Shown here one piece after another: positions 37,661-51,379 of a stretch of 64,000 bases of DNA; the stretch's first letter is position 1, and the number at the start of each line of letters is the position of its first letter. The stretch is from Lama glama (taxonomy: Eukaryota). The notes under the pieces were generated by a model that made no database searches, had not been told where the DNA came from, and saw only the letters and a program-made list of their open reading frames with translations. Position numbers and translations under genes: made by a program. The stretch covers positions 23,376,001 through 23,440,000 of the forward strand of contig CM052818.1 of the NCBI GenBank assembly GCA_028534125.1. The letters run 5' to 3'.

Positions 37661-40600
37661 TAACCAGCTGAGTTTATTCACCCCAATATTGGCCAGATGT
37701 TAATTTCAAAATTATTATTACTTTACATTATTTCTGAGAAGAAGAATTTTTAAAGAAAATCCATTTCCTCTTTTCCCCAGGCTGTATTTCTCAGTTTCCC
37801 CTGCTGTTCAGTGTAGCCAGTTAGCGGAACATGAGCTGAAGTTATGCCTCACTCCCATGTCTGCTCCAGTCAGTCTCCCTAACCGCATCCTCTCTGCCCT
37901 GCGCTCTCCTTTCTGAGACACGGGTGCCAGGACAACACTGAATGCATGTGTTGAGGCTGGCAGGGTCTCTAGCATCTGGGACCCTGTACAATTTTGTGGA
38001 ACCAAACAGGAAATACCTTGAACTGCTTATGTGAGGGAGAAGTTGAACTGCTGTTGCACCAGAGCCTGCTATACATCTCTGGGTGTATCTGTTGCAGCAG
38101 TTAGTTACATGTGTATTAATAAATACTCTTAACCTATTAAAGTGGTGATATGCAAAAATGGCTAAGACAGACGAAGGGCAATATTTTCATTATCATCTTT
38201 ATTTTTCCTGCATCCTATCTTTGAGGCCCTTGGTTACACATGACAACTTGAGGAATGGGTTATTGACAACTAGGTCACACCGAAAGGTTATCCTTAAAAC
38301 CATTAATTCTCTCTTATAGGTGGCAGAAAGCAATATTCCTGCTTTAGCATTTCTTTCTCATAAGTGTGATTTATGGAAGCCCCTGAATTACTGGGATTGC
38401 AGGAACGTTTGGCTGTTCCCCAGGTGCCGATACGTTGTCTTTAAAGAATCGACAGCCTGGCAGTTCCCCTCACACACGCCCTAATTTGCAAAGGCATGTG
38501 TAAGCACGGTGAACCCCAGATGCCCTTAGTGAAAAATCAAATCAGCGATCTGGTGTGTTCAGCAAACATAGATGGAGGAGTTTGGAGGCAGAATGGATGG
38601 AGCCCATTACAGCTGACACACACACTCCTCACCAGCGATCCTGCACAAACATGCAATGTTCAATCCATAATTCAGAGTATATTTGTGTCTCTTCCTTTTT
38701 TTGTTTTCTGCAGTATCCCATGAGCTGGGCTGGTGCATATGATAGTTCCCAGTTCCCAGTGGGGGAAGTGAGATTCAGAGGAATTAAGGAAAGCACCCTC
38801 TTTTGGGGTGAAAAACAAGCTCCTGTGTGAGAAATGGGGCAGCATCATCAGATGGGGTGAGCTGGCACGTCCTGCATGAACATCCCCTGTCACCAGGAAA
38901 GAGGGATAGGACTAGGGTCAAAGCAGGGAAGAAATGGGTGGGCTTTAGTGGGACACGAACATGCTGAAATCACAAACAGCCTTGATGTGTGCCTGTGTGC
39001 ATTTTATTGAAGGCAGAGTCCACAGCCTTAGACCAATTTTTGAAGGGGCTAGAAACCCTTGAGCGGCTAAGAACCACTGTTCAGGTGTCCTGGAGCTGTA
39101 GACTATCTTGGGTTCTAGCTAAGCCACTGATATCCAAAGCCTTGCTGTGGGAAAACAGTGTTTTGTATAAGAGGAAAGGGGCACAGAATCTTCTTAGGCA
39201 GCATTTGTTTTCTGCCATATGGATATTTACTTTACTGCACAAAACGGTATGAATACCCATTCCTATAATCCCAGAGAATTCCTTTGGCTCCACGGTGATC
39301 AGATTTACTATTTTGCCAAAGATAATAAAGACAAGCTTGCCATTTTAAGAAGAAAATGCTAAGCATTAACAAAGTCCTGGGGAATCCCTCCCAGGTAAGG
39401 TGCACGGAACGCAGGAAGCTTTTATTTTGTACACTTCTGTTTATACAGTGGGAAGGTCGGCTTACCACGTTACTGAGGGGAGCCATAGTTGCTGGGGCGT
39501 TACATAAGGGAAATAGGGTCTTAGGCAGTTCTTTTCTAAGCATTTCTTTGCTTAGAATTCCAGAGGGGTTGACAAGGTCATGCCTGCAACTCTCGCTCCA
39601 AACATGCCCGTCCTACAGACAGTTCACACGTTTTCTGGACCAGATGCCTAACCAACCGTAGACCATGGGTGAAGCCATCACCCTGGAAGGGCACTGTGCT
39701 CAAGGCGCAGCGTCTGTTGAGGGAGAGAGTGTGAGGGAAAAGAGGAATTGCCCCGAGAGTTGCTCTAAAATGGAGGAAATTATAAAGTTCACTTTCTTGT
39801 CTTGAAATGAAACATCAAGCCTGCTTGGGCACCAAGGGCAAACCCCGAAGCTGGTTGCTGACATCAGCTGGTTATTTTGGATTTTGGCTCTGGGAGTTGG
39901 CTCTAGGGGAGCTCCTTTTCTTAGCTTAGAAATGAAACAACTGAATTTTCAGCACCGTGTTGATTCGGGGAAGTCATTTTGGTTTGCATCGCTTGGGGCT
40001 TCTGAGCACAGAATGTAATCAGAGTGGCAGTGATGGGGTCAGGAACCCCAGGAGGCTGCCCCTTCTTGTCGAGTCTCTTGTCTACGTGTTTTAGTCAGAG
40101 ATGAGAATTTCCTAGGTGACATGCCAGGATTGCCGGCAACTTTATAGCAAGCAGCGAAGGGGCCTCGTTTTCCACTCAGGATGTAAAAATAGGTTCAAGA
40201 AACTGAAGTGAAATGCAAAACGTGAAGGAAATATCTTCTTTATACCTTACCCCCACCCCCCCGCCCTTCCATCACTCTCTACCCACTGACTGTAAAAAAG
40301 CTCACTCAGCATTTACCTCTTTGCCTTTCTAGAACTTATCAACTCACGTTTTAGCTACAAATACATTACATGGCTTTGCAGCCAGGTCTGAGCTTTCAAG
40401 CATATTCTAAGTCTCGAGCTGTGTTGTTGGCCAGAGTTTTGCATGTTCTGCTGCAGATGAAAGGAAAGAGATTGGAATTCAAAATCCATCTGCCCAAAGA
40501 AGGTAGGTATGTCCATATGTGTGTTCATATGAGATTTGGAACAAGGATTTGGAGACCCTAGAGACAGGATGGAAATAGACAGGGACACTCTCTGTGAGGC

Positions 40601-40799
40601 TTGGAGGACATGAATTTTAGTCCCAAATACCTCCCCCTTGCCCCGTGCTAGCTATATGACTTTGGCCAATTTAGTGAATCGTTTTGAGACTCAATTTCTT
40701 CCACCTTTGAAATGGGAAGAGTGCATGTTTTGCCTGCCCTAGGATACTAGCAAGTATAAAATGCTTTCTAGTTTCAGAGATAAAATTTGAAAGAGTAGC

Positions 40800-40880
40800 T
40801 TACAGGGATCATAAGATGACACTGATTGTTCAATGTATCTCAAGTCCAGAGATACTAAAATGGGGAGGCAAAGGTGCGTC
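40800..40880 (-). mobile_element. MER104-like (TcMar-Tc2) fragment
   Basis: taagatgac...cagagatactaaaatg...gtgcgtcttagaatcaataaaat resembles the MER104 terminus. Confidence 0.5.
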
Positions 40881-43810
40881 TTAGAATCAATAAAATCCCG
40901 CAGAACCACCTATGCTTGTCATTGATGCTGTTCTTCCCAGGGGTTGTAAGGGACCGTGACTGGGATGGGGTCTGTAACCCCAGCAATGCCAGACAGTGAC
41001 CTGATTACAGCTGTGCGCCGTGGGCTGAGGCCTTCCTCTCAGCCCCCTTGAGTCTTCTTGTATCGTTTGTGTGGGGCCAGTGCGGGAGTTCCTCTCCCCC
41101 TGGGAATGACGTCCTCTTTCCTCTTGCCTGACACTGGACCCCTATTCTGAGATGTCTTTGAGGCTAGAAGGACCCAGAGAGGCTTATAAAACAGCATCCT
41201 CCTCAATGACAGTGTCAGCATCTTTCCTCTCTGTCCATATGATCCCCTAGACATTCCGAGGGTCGAGATAAATGCTGTTCTGTGATTCAAAATTCCCATC
41301 CCAGCTGCTGAAGAAGTGTGACCATCAGCCCATGTCTGGGTCAGGGTCCACCCCGTCTTACTTTGGGGGCTGATGGCTTCTGCAGCCTCCTCCCTCTCAT
41401 TGCCTTCCAGGCCATTGCTTGAGACATCAGATACTGCCTCCTCTCCTTTTTCTGGTGTCCTAGCCTGTAATGTCCCAGAGCATTTGCTTTCCACACCTGT
41501 GCACTCAAACAGTGACGGCTGATCAGAAGCAGAAGAGACTGAGGATCGGGGGATTGGAGGGGAGTAAGGAAGAGGATGGAGGGTGGGCTGAATCTCGGAC
41601 TGAAGCCATCAGAGGGCTGAAGTGGGGAGAAGAAATCTCAGGTTTTCTCCACAGCTTCTTCCCAGTGTGGGTCTCCTGGGCTCTAGATCATCATCATTGT
41701 ACTTTATACACATCACCGTAAATAAAGTGATTCTTTTGGCAAAAGGGCCGAGATAAATCTTCTACCCTATTCTCATTTGCAGCCCTGGCAGCCTGCCATG
41801 TATAATTTGGTATTTAAATCCTCCTGATTACAGCCACAGTGATGACCTTTATGGGAATTAATGGCTGAGTTAAGGCATGTCCTTTTGGGGAGCTTCATGG
41901 TAACGCATCTAATTCTAAGTTAGACCCAACTCACTGGCATTCTCGCCTGCTTAGAGACTACCTGGGGCCAGAGAGTCCTTTTCCCTTAAGCCATGGTTAC
42001 TGTTGAAGAACTTGGGGTTCTGTTCTTGTCCAGAGCCTCCTTAGCTGTGTTCCTACTCAGATTTTCTGGGTCTTGACACTTTTCTTTTCCTTTGGTCTCT
42101 GCTTTTAATTTGATTCACTTATTTCGGTTGGAGACCAGCTTCACGTACCATGGAGTTTATGGGCCACTCCCTGGTGGCTGCTTCTTAGGGTCTAGACGCA
42201 GCGTAATGCCTCAGCAACCTCCTCCCCACCCAGCGTGTCCTGGGTGCCCCCGGAGAACTGCATCCCAGGCTTTGCTTTGTCCCTCTTCCCAGCCTCAGGC
42301 TGCTGCCCAGTCATAGTCTCCTGCTGTTGACCCCGGCTGAGTCTGTTCTAGCCCCTTCTTGCTGCTGCCTCTTGGGGATATGGAATGTCCCCACCACAGA
42401 GCACAGAGGCACTGAGGATGCATTCCCAGCCCATGCTGCCACCAGCTGATGCCACTATCGTCTCGCCCTCTCCTCCCAAAGTAGCCAGTCCTGCCCTGGC
42501 TGGGGCGCCACCCAGCCTCCATAGTCGTGGGTGCTATTCAGAGTCTTGCTCCCTTTTCTTATTCCAACCTGCTTCTGTTCATTGGACACCTGAATGGTGC
42601 CACAGCTGGCTGTAGAGTCAGACAGAATGGGGCTCAAATATTGGCACCACCAGTTATTTTACTGAAACTGGTTTCCCTACCTATAAGAATTGGGTATAGC
42701 AGTGCCCAATCCAGCATCCAGTTCATGAGCAGTGACTATTAGCATGTTATTAACATAGGAAGGAGGACAATTGTGGTTAAGTGCATAGGTTTTAGGGCCA
42801 GGCAGACTTGAGTTCTGACTTTCACCTTACTGCTTAACCAATGTCAGTTTCAGTTTCTGGCTCCTACCCTAGTGCTCTTGGCATTTCTCTGGGCTGCCTT
42901 TCCACAGCCTACTTTTCACACTGGTAGATGGGGACCTTGCCAATTCCTTGGACAGACCATTGTAAACTGCTGATTCTGAATAAAGGGGTGATTATTATTG
43001 TAGGGGGGACGGCACGTGAGTGATTGATGGTCACTCAGGCCAGCCTCTTCCCAGAAGAATACTTGCTCTACATGGCTCCAGGAATCTTCAGCTTTCCTTG
43101 GCTCAGACTGTGTTTTGGAGAAGAGCTGGCACCAGGGTGGGAACTGACCCTTTAAGTGACAAAGAATGATGGAAAAGAAGATCTGGTGCTGGGGGTGGGA
43201 CTGACTCCTTACTGATAAAGACTGATGGGAAAGTTAATAAGGTGGTTGGAAGAAAAAGGGCTCTTTCTCTCTGGACAAAGAAAGAGGGAAGAACCACCAT
43301 TTGATCAGGCTGGAATAGAAGGAGTGAATTCATAGGATTTAGGAAATTTGCAACCAGATTGTCTCTTTGCTGGGAAAGCCAAGCCAGTGATTCAGCAGTT
43401 TTCTCAAGTCAGCAGGAGAAGGGCTGAGGGTGTCAGAGATCATGACTCTGAAGGGAGCAGGTTATCTTTCTTTTGGAGACTTGACTGCAGTCAGCCTAGA
43501 GAGAGAGGTTTAACATGGGTAACTGAAATTCACATATAATCCTAAATCCTCGTGGTCCGTAGTGGTGGCTACCTAGCCTCTCTCCTGTCATAAGTCTTTC
43601 ATCAGAGCTGTTCAAAAGCAGCAGAAGTGATTGCTTTGATTTGAGCTTGTTCCGTTTCCTCTGCCCACCTTGAGGGGAGCTGCAAATAAAGTAGGGAATG
43701 AGCTTCAAGGTGAGCTGATGAAGCATGAGGGAGGAGCTACTTGGCCAGGGCCCTGGGGTCGGAGCTAGAAGAGCAGCCGCTGCCACAGAGAGGGCCAGGA
43801 GCGGCTCGTA

Positions 43811-43910
43811 NNNNNNNNNNNNNNNNNNNNNNNNNNNNNNNNNNNNNNNNNNNNNNNNNNNNNNNNNNNNNNNNNNNNNNNNNNNNNNNNNNNNNNNNNN
43901 NNNNNNNNNN
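43811..43910. other. Assembly gap (100 N, probably unknown size)
   Basis: Exactly 100 N. Confidence 0.98.
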
Positions 43911-45658
43911 TGGGGCACTGAAACCTTTGGCTGTTTGCAGCATTGTCCTTGACGAAAGCATATTTGTCTTTTAAAATATCTAGAACTTGTGCTTAATGTT
44001 CTTTACTGACTTAAACCAGGCAACGAGACAGTAAATCAGATTATCATCCTCCTCGGGCAGGAGAGCAATCTGGAATGGTAATTTTCCAGCTGAAATTACT
44101 GGAAGTTCCTTTTCACTTTGTTTTTTTAAAGGGAGAGAATAAAAAAGGAGGAAAGCCAAAGGTAAGAGGGTTTGTTTTCTTCCCCCAGGAAAGCGTATAT
44201 TCCAGTTTTCCACTCTTGTCACTAGCTGAGTGTAACTTATTGTCCCTTATATTTCCTCTAAAATATAAAGCTCCAGAGGACCCCTTTCAATGGAGCAAGG
44301 GATTTTGTCCCCGTGTGGAATATGGACTGTGGGGATTTGTTATAGGGATATTAGCCGCCCGGTAATCAGAGAAGAGATGTCCACGTGGCAGAGTCAATGT
44401 AAGAGCATCGTGTTTCATAGCTTCTTAACTGTGGCTCTGTTGGAAAATATCTTCATTGGTTTATTTGTCTTTTAACTAACACATGGGGTTTTGGCAAATA
44501 TATTTGCCTTTTCCCTCTTTAATTGTAAGGTGGAATTTTCTTTGCATTTAGTAGGGCTAGCAGATATTTTCCTGCTCCCAGGAGACTTGTCTCTCCCTGT
44601 TTACAGAGTGATACGTGCTATCCTTTACAAACTCATCCTGCTCAGAAAACTGGCGTTGAGCAGTTTCTCTGGTGGTGTGGGTACCTCAGAGAGGAGACCT
44701 GCTCAAGTCAAGGGCCTGGAGTTGGGTGCAGAGAGATCCGGATTCACACTGGCACTGCTGCTCACTAGCTCTGTGGTCTTGCAGCCCGAGTGCTTGGAGC
44801 TTCAGCTTTTCACTTATATACACGGAGCAATGGCATTGGCCTTGACGAATGCTCGCGAGACTGAAAGCCTGCATATGTGAAGTGCCCACCATGGTGTCTG
44901 ACTGGTTAGTCTGTGACGTCATGGCTATGGAATTGGCCCAATCCAGCAGCACTTTCCGGCCTGTTCTCCCGCAACGACCTGATTTTGTGAAACTGCTGAC
45001 TGAAGTTGGAGGGAAGAAAAAAAAATAAGTCTATGATGAATGGCAAGGTTGTGCATCCAGGATGCCAAGCCCCTTCAAAGAACCTGAAATATCAACTCCC
45101 CTCCCTTTTGTGGGAAACACGGCAGGAGTTTTAAACACAGGCTCTGAAGCCTTCCCTGGAATTGCAGGAGTTGCAGGCTAATTATAGTGTCAGAGGGGTG
45201 TCTCTTGAGTAACGGTTGCATTCTGTAATGACTGTTGGGACAATTAATTGGCATAACTTTGTGAGCCTTCCATGGCCTTCTTTCCTCAGCAGAGACAAAC
45301 TTGATTAGTTTGGACATCATAGTTTGGTACTTAAACAGGACGGGCTTCATAACGCTCATGTTCATGGTTCTCATTTTCTTCCTCTTGAATTTTTTTAACT
45401 TTTAATTATTTAAAGACCTGAAAATTCTTTTAAAAATTTATAGAGAATCTTGAGGCTCTAGTTTTGATCATTTATGTGTTATAATCAATGGATAGAATTT
45501 TATCCCTCATAGAGGGGACATAGCTGTGTAAATGCCGTCAACTTCTGTTTCTTATTGCCGGGCTCTTCCTGGGCTTAAGTATTTGAGGCAAGACCAGTGC
45601 TACATTGTATCACGCTGATACCAGGGGCAGATTTATGTAGGGAAGAGAGCACTGGAAT

Positions 45659-45844
45659 TAGGATGACAGACTGGTATTGATTTGTCTGGGACTTTTCCTG
45701 CTTTTGCCCTGAAAGTCCAATATCCTGGGAACCCTCTCGGACTTAGGCAAACAGAGACAATTTGCCCAGGCTGTCCTGCTTTAAAAAAATGGAAAGTTTC
45801 ACGTCTTAGGAATCTTGGAAAAACTAGAGAGGTTAGTCACCCTG
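45659..45844. mobile_element. MER81-like hAT-Blackjack MITE with internal duplication, inserted in a MIR
   Basis: Termini taggatgac / gtcaccctg; 8-bp TSD actggaat (45651-45658) / actggact (45845-45852). Confidence 0.75.
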
Positions 45845-47931
45845 ACTGGACTGGGACTGTAGGGACCTGAGTTGTAGTCCTTGCTCTGGTCCCATGTAGC
45901 CATGTGATAATGGCCAAGTCACCTTGTTGAAAAAATGAGGGTGTGGATCATATAATCCCAACAGTCCCTATCCTTGTTGACATTTTGGCTTAAGAGCAGC
46001 TTATTATTGGAATTTACCCTTTGTGTCTTTCCCTCAGGGTTTTCTTTTCTTCCCAGAAACCAGTATCCAATTCTTTCTGAAAGGTCACAGATGAATTCAG
46101 GGTAAGAATGATCAGAATACTTCTGGATCACTTCTCAGCTATGGAGGTAGATGATGCTGATGAATACTGGGAGGCTGGAGTCAGCAGGTGCTGCTCTTGT
46201 TGATATTACAGACCAAACACCCAATGCACGTATCCTGTGTTTCAAGGTCAGGGAGGTAATAGGCTGGGATTTCTGTTTTAGCTAATATGGTGTATTTCCC
46301 CACGAGTGAGGTTGAAGCCTTGGTTGTAACTCTGGAATCAAACCTATTTCTAAATTGGAACAAATGTTGCCAAGCCAGGATCAACTGTGCATATAGAGTT
46401 GGGGTGACACTGATGCTTTTTGGCCACTTGGAGTTGGGAGTGTTGGTTCCCAGTGGACCAGTGATCATCCAGTGTAGCAATAACTTCCCAGTTGCCCAGA
46501 ATGTGCTTGGGATCCAGGTACAAATAAGACATGGCCCCGCCCTCTGGAAGCACATGGTCTTGTGAGGGGCGTGGAATAGTGATTAATTACTAAACACAAT
46601 ATGGTGAGTTCTGTAATGGAAGTGTAAGCAGAATGACGTGAAGGAGAGAAGGAGCAAGCGGTTGATTCCACTGTTCTGCTGCGTACGCCGATGGCACCCT
46701 CCTCCCCAGCCTGCTGGCTCACGCAAGTACGTCCATAGCCCAAAGGTGTGTTATTTGGGGCGGGACCAAGATGCCCCAAAGCTGTGTTTCTCCAGTTTCT
46801 TCTTTGGATATAACAAGATAGAGTGTCATTACTATTATTGTTACTGTCCAAGGCAAAAAACAAAGATGATAAGGATGATTTGAGTTTCCCTTGAGTTTCC
46901 CTGAATCTCATACCCAGCTTGCTTACTTAAAAGCTTTCAGCCTACTAGCTGGTAAAACAGTATGTGCACATATCGTAAATATGTCTTTTAAAATCCAATT
47001 ACTCCCTGCAACAGGAGGCAGCAGAGAAATTTGGCTTCTGTCGTTTTGAACCATCATTCAATTTTTAAGTAACAGTAAAATAATGACTCCAACATGAAGT
47101 TCCTAGTTAAGTGAGCACCAGCGTAGTCCCATGGTTAATGGTGTAATATGTTTGGCATAAAGTGATACAGGATGCTTGCTTCTAGCACCTTACATTAAGG
47201 AAAACTTGACTTTTGTGTTTAATAATGAGAAGTTTGGAACTGGAACAAGGAGCATTTCATATATTTTGCTGATTTATCTTCGTAACATCCTTGAGAGAAG
47301 GGAGGAAAAGGTATTGCACTGCATGTTTTATAGAATACGAAATTGGGGCCCAGTACAGGTAAAGGCCTTGTCCAAGAATGTAGAGCTGGTTAAAGAAAAG
47401 GCTTTTCCCTGAGCCCATGTCTCCTTACCTAATGTTCTGTCACAACAGGCTGTGCTCTTTTGCTGTGTCATCAAGATATCTCAGGAAGTCACATTTTCTG
47501 ATGAAAAAGTTCACTCGCACTGCTAGAAACTCAAGGATAGTGGATCCGTGGGGGCCACTTCTCCAGATGTTGTTATAGCTGAGATCACACTATTTTCAAA
47601 TTTTTATAGCAGCCTTCCTCAGGTCTTCACTCCCCCACAGTGAAGGTGCTAGAGGGGTCAGACTCCTTGAAAAAAGAATGTTTGGCTCCAAACCAAGTTT
47701 CATGCTACAGCAGTGCAAGTTGTCACAAAGCCCCAGCCCACTTCATTAAAGTTGGAAGCAGCCAGGAGTCACTGTGCTAGACAGTGACCTGAGTGTGACG
47801 GCTGAGAAGCAGTGGGAACAAGGGGTCAGAGAATACAGGACCTGGCTCTTCCTGCTAAATCTAACACAAATTTGCTGAGTAATAGTGCACCTCAAGGTCC
47901 TCCTACCTATTTATAAAATGAACGGACTAGG

Positions 47932-48117
47932 CTGTACTGTCCAATGTGGTAGCTATTTAAATTAATTAAAATTTAGTGACATTAAAATTTTAGTTCCTCA
48001 GTTGCACTAGCCACATCTCAAGTGCTTGATAGCCACACGTGATTAGCGGCTGCCATAAGGAACAGTGTAGACATAACACGTGTCCATCATTGCAGACAGT
48101 TTCATTAGCGAGCCCTA
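47932..48117. mobile_element. MER3 hAT-Charlie MITE
   Basis: ctgtccaatgtggtagc...tttagttcctcagttgcactagccacatctcaagtgct...tccatcattgcaga. Confidence 0.82.
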
Positions 48118-48129
48118 AGCGAGACCGTA

Positions 48130-48300
48130 CCAGTGGTTTCCCAGATGTGTTTCAGTAAGTCTCCAGGGTTCCTTAAACGTCCCTTAGGGCCTCTGAGTAG
48201 AGTTAAGAGAGAGCCCAGCAAGCAGGTGGGGCTCTGAGCATCCTGCCTTCATTTTTATCTGTTTTAAGTAAAATGGATATTGTATTTTGAAATACCTTAG
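48130..48300. mobile_element. MER103C-like hAT-Charlie fragment
   Basis: ccagtggtttccca...ggtggggctctg...ttttatctgtttta. Confidence 0.55.
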
Positions 48301-48919
48301 AATTTAGGTTCTGGAGTGGCCACCTGGTGAAAGCGAGGGCCTGACCTTAGCTCCTGAGTAGAAAAGAATTCGGCTCCTTGCTTTAGGGAGCCTGGCTGGG
48401 AAGCTGGCCGGAAGTGGGAGGGGGTGAGCTGGTGTGGGTGGCCATGTTGCTGAGGCTGCAGGATAGGACATTGGGGTCAGGACTGTAGGAGAATCACTGC
48501 TAAACTTTAGGAGCCCTGCAGAGAGCTGAGGTGGGGCCAAGAGAGAAGAGGGATTCCGGGCCTGACCAGACCGAAAAAGAATAATATGTGAATTATATCT
48601 GCTGTAGACTGTCAGCAGCGGAAGCCAGTGGAATGCCCAGGGTGGGGCTGTGGGTTTGAACAACCATATTTCATGTGGGCCCAGTCCAATACACATCCAA
48701 GAACTAGCACAAGGTGATGGTGGGGAGGGGGGACTTCTCTCGTCCGCATCCCAACCTCCAGTGCCTGACGGCCACGTGTGCTCCCTGTACCCAGACTTCC
48801 ATCTTGGAGAGGGACCTGGGGAGGGAAAGAAAACCAGAAAGGCTGAGTCAGTCAAAATGAGACTGAGTTTACTAAATTGAAATGCATTTGTCCATTTGTC
48901 CATTTCTCTCCCCATCTAT

Positions 48920-49555
48920 CCAATGTGGTGTCTGAACTTTGAGGGGCGGGTTTGGTGGTCTGAGGGTTTTAAAAGATCAGATCCATTACAGAAAATTTTA
49001 AAAAGTTATTTCTTCTTTGCGCTGAGTATACTGTAAGTAATTTTTTGGCCCCAAACCTTATATATATTGGCAGTCAATTAAGATTTCACTTGGAAAAAAG
49101 AATCACTTACATATTACTATATATAAAATAGGTAAACAAAAAGGACCTACTGTATAGCACAGGGAGCTATATTTAATCTCTTGTAATGAGTTGTAATAAA
49201 AAGGAATCTGAAAAAAACTGTATATATGTATAACTGAATCACTTGTAAATTGACTACACTTTAATAAAAACATAAGAATTAAAAAAATCACTTACTAAAA
49301 TAACGTCGAAAGTCATTGGACAAGATAATCTCTACAGTTTATTTTATCTGAGTCTTTATGATTATTTTATTCTAAGATGCTAGGAAAGCAGCATAGCCAC
49401 CAATCAACGTATCAGCCATTCAGCCAACAGGTGTTCTGGGCCAAATGTATTATCCAAGGAGATAATATGCTGCTTAGGATTGTGTATAGACTTGGTCTTG
49501 ATGCAAAATGTATTTCTTACTGTGTTTCATGTTCAAAGAAGTTAGAAATACTTGT
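48920..49555. mobile_element. hAT-Charlie element (Charlie4/MER119-like end), interrupted by an L1 tail
   Basis: Terminal aaaatgtatttcttactgtg...caaagaagttagaaatac. Confidence 0.45.
49111..49285 (+). mobile_element. Short artiodactyl-type L1 3'-end insertion with TSD
   Basis: ctatatataaaatag...aaggacctactgtatagcacaggg...tgtataactgaatcactt...aataaaaa; TSD aatcacttac at 49101-49110 and 49286-49295. Confidence 0.88.
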
Positions 49556-50159
49556 CTACATGGGGAGGCAAGAAACATACGTGTAACTGGAGCTTTCCTC
49601 ATTATCACCCTCTTATAGGTAACTGTTTACATCAGCAATTCCAGCTGAAAGTTCACTCAGGTTTCATCTGTTGACATAGAGTCTTGGGTTCAAGGTCCTG
49701 ATGAGGCTTGATTGTTCTTCCTGATCTTGGATTTTTCCCAATAAAATTCCCCTTTCCACGCATTTTCTTTTTGCATGTGCATGTTTGAAGAGATTTATAT
49801 TGCTTACAACCAAAAATGCCTTTAATAGGATAAGAAGGGAAATCTTGGGAGCAGAGAGAAAATTTGAAAGGCTTGCATGAAATGGTAAAGCACTGAGAGT
49901 GGAACTGAGAGCCAGTCTCCTCTTCATCCTGTTTAAGGTGCTCTGAATCTAGCCTCATGCTTGCCACCATGTTTTTCTCTGTCCTCATCCTGCCCCCTGA
50001 GCTCCAATGAGGATCCTCTTCATGGGCTCCATGTGCCTCACCAATTCCCACCTCAATCTGACCCTCCAATTTATGTGAATCCTTCAACTTTGTCCAATTT
50101 CTGCCTCTTCCTCAAAGGTCACCTCCCTACCAACCTCTGAATTCCTTGGAGAAGCAGCA

Positions 50160-50335
50160 CTGATGGTGGGTCAAATCCTGGTTCTGCCAGTTACTAGCTG
50201 TGCAATTTTGGGCAAATTACATGAAGTGGGTGCCTTGGTTTTCTCATCTGTGAAGTGGGGTAATTATTGCATCTACCTCTTATGATTGGTCTGAGGATTA
50301 AGTGCTAGGAACTGTGCCTGGCATGGTGAGCACAG
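50160..50335 (+). mobile_element. MIR SINE
   Basis: tcaaatcctggttctgccagttactagctgtg...ttctcatctgtgaagtgggg...tgaggattaa. Confidence 0.8.
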
Positions 50336-51379
50336 TTTGCTGTCATCAGTCTTGCATTTGCCTCTCTCATTATTAATTGCTTATTGTATGTTTAGTCATG
50401 GCTCCTTGTCCCTTTCTCCTTTACTACTTGGTTCTAAGCTTCTCCCATTTATTTGTTAGTAATATGGCTTCTCTGTCTATAATTTCACATTTTCACAGAA
50501 TCCAGCTACTTCTCTTTTTGGTAACTGAGATGGTATTTGCTTAGCTTCAGCCTTTGACTCTACTCTCATTGTCCATGGTTTTGCACAGATTTGCAGCTCT
50601 GGGGCTCTGATAACACTTGCAGTTTCTCTTGGTATCTTGGAATCAATCAATCTGGGTCAGGGTCTTGAACAAATGTAAAGTCACCCTTATGGGATCTCAC
50701 TGTCTTCTTATCCATCCCTGGCTTCCATTCTTTATTAGTGATATGTGTTCTACTCTGCAGAGGCAGCATCATTTTCTTAGCAGCAAAGAGGAAAGCCAAA
50801 CAGGATTTGAGGAATTCTGCCTTCTTTCTGTAACTGAGTAACATCTTTTCCAACTTGGGGATTGCACCTGTTCCTTTCTTGTACTTAGGTTAAAGTGCCT
50901 TTATGGTGGTCGCTGTCATATTGAACAGGCTTCCCTTATACCTTGTGAGTCTGAGCCATGCAGCTGAACCATTGCGACATACCTGTGCTTTCTCCAGGAC
51001 TTGTCTGCCTGACTGGCTGTCTCTCTTTAGCTCCTACCCACCCATGGAGCTATGTGCTTTGGCTTCCGTGTTTTGCTTGGTTCAGGATCTGTTTGGTTGG
51101 TTTTTTGTTTTGTTTTGTCCCCCTGGCCTTCTTTGTTCCTAGGGTCTATTCAGGGTTCAGATGCCCAATCCCCCTTGGAAATGTGCCCTGATTCAGAAGA
51201 CCTTTGATCCTGGTGTGGCCTGGGTTTCTTGCGGAGATAGAAATAAACTGCATCTTGGAACATGGTGGGTGGGATATTGATTGAACCCTGTGTTAATCAG
51301 GTTAAGACCATATGACATTCTAAAGCTAATCTTGGGCTCTGCTTACTGTGATTTGAGCCTTTCTTTAGGGAAAAGTCAG

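Noticed and set aside
39948..39968. REST/NRSE left half-site TTCAGCACC
   Set aside because: No GGACAG right half at the proper spacing.
43911..43925. 15-mer tggggcactgaaacc shared with the LTR at about 21960
   Set aside because: A 15-mer match is expected by chance in 64 kb, and similarity does not extend.
43496..43974. ORFs spanning the N run
   Set aside because: Artefacts of translating through the gap.
48304..48915. Longest ORF (203 aa, minus strand)
   Set aside because: No recognisable domain; Pro/Ser-rich composition typical of chance ORFs in GC-richer DNA; no splice context.
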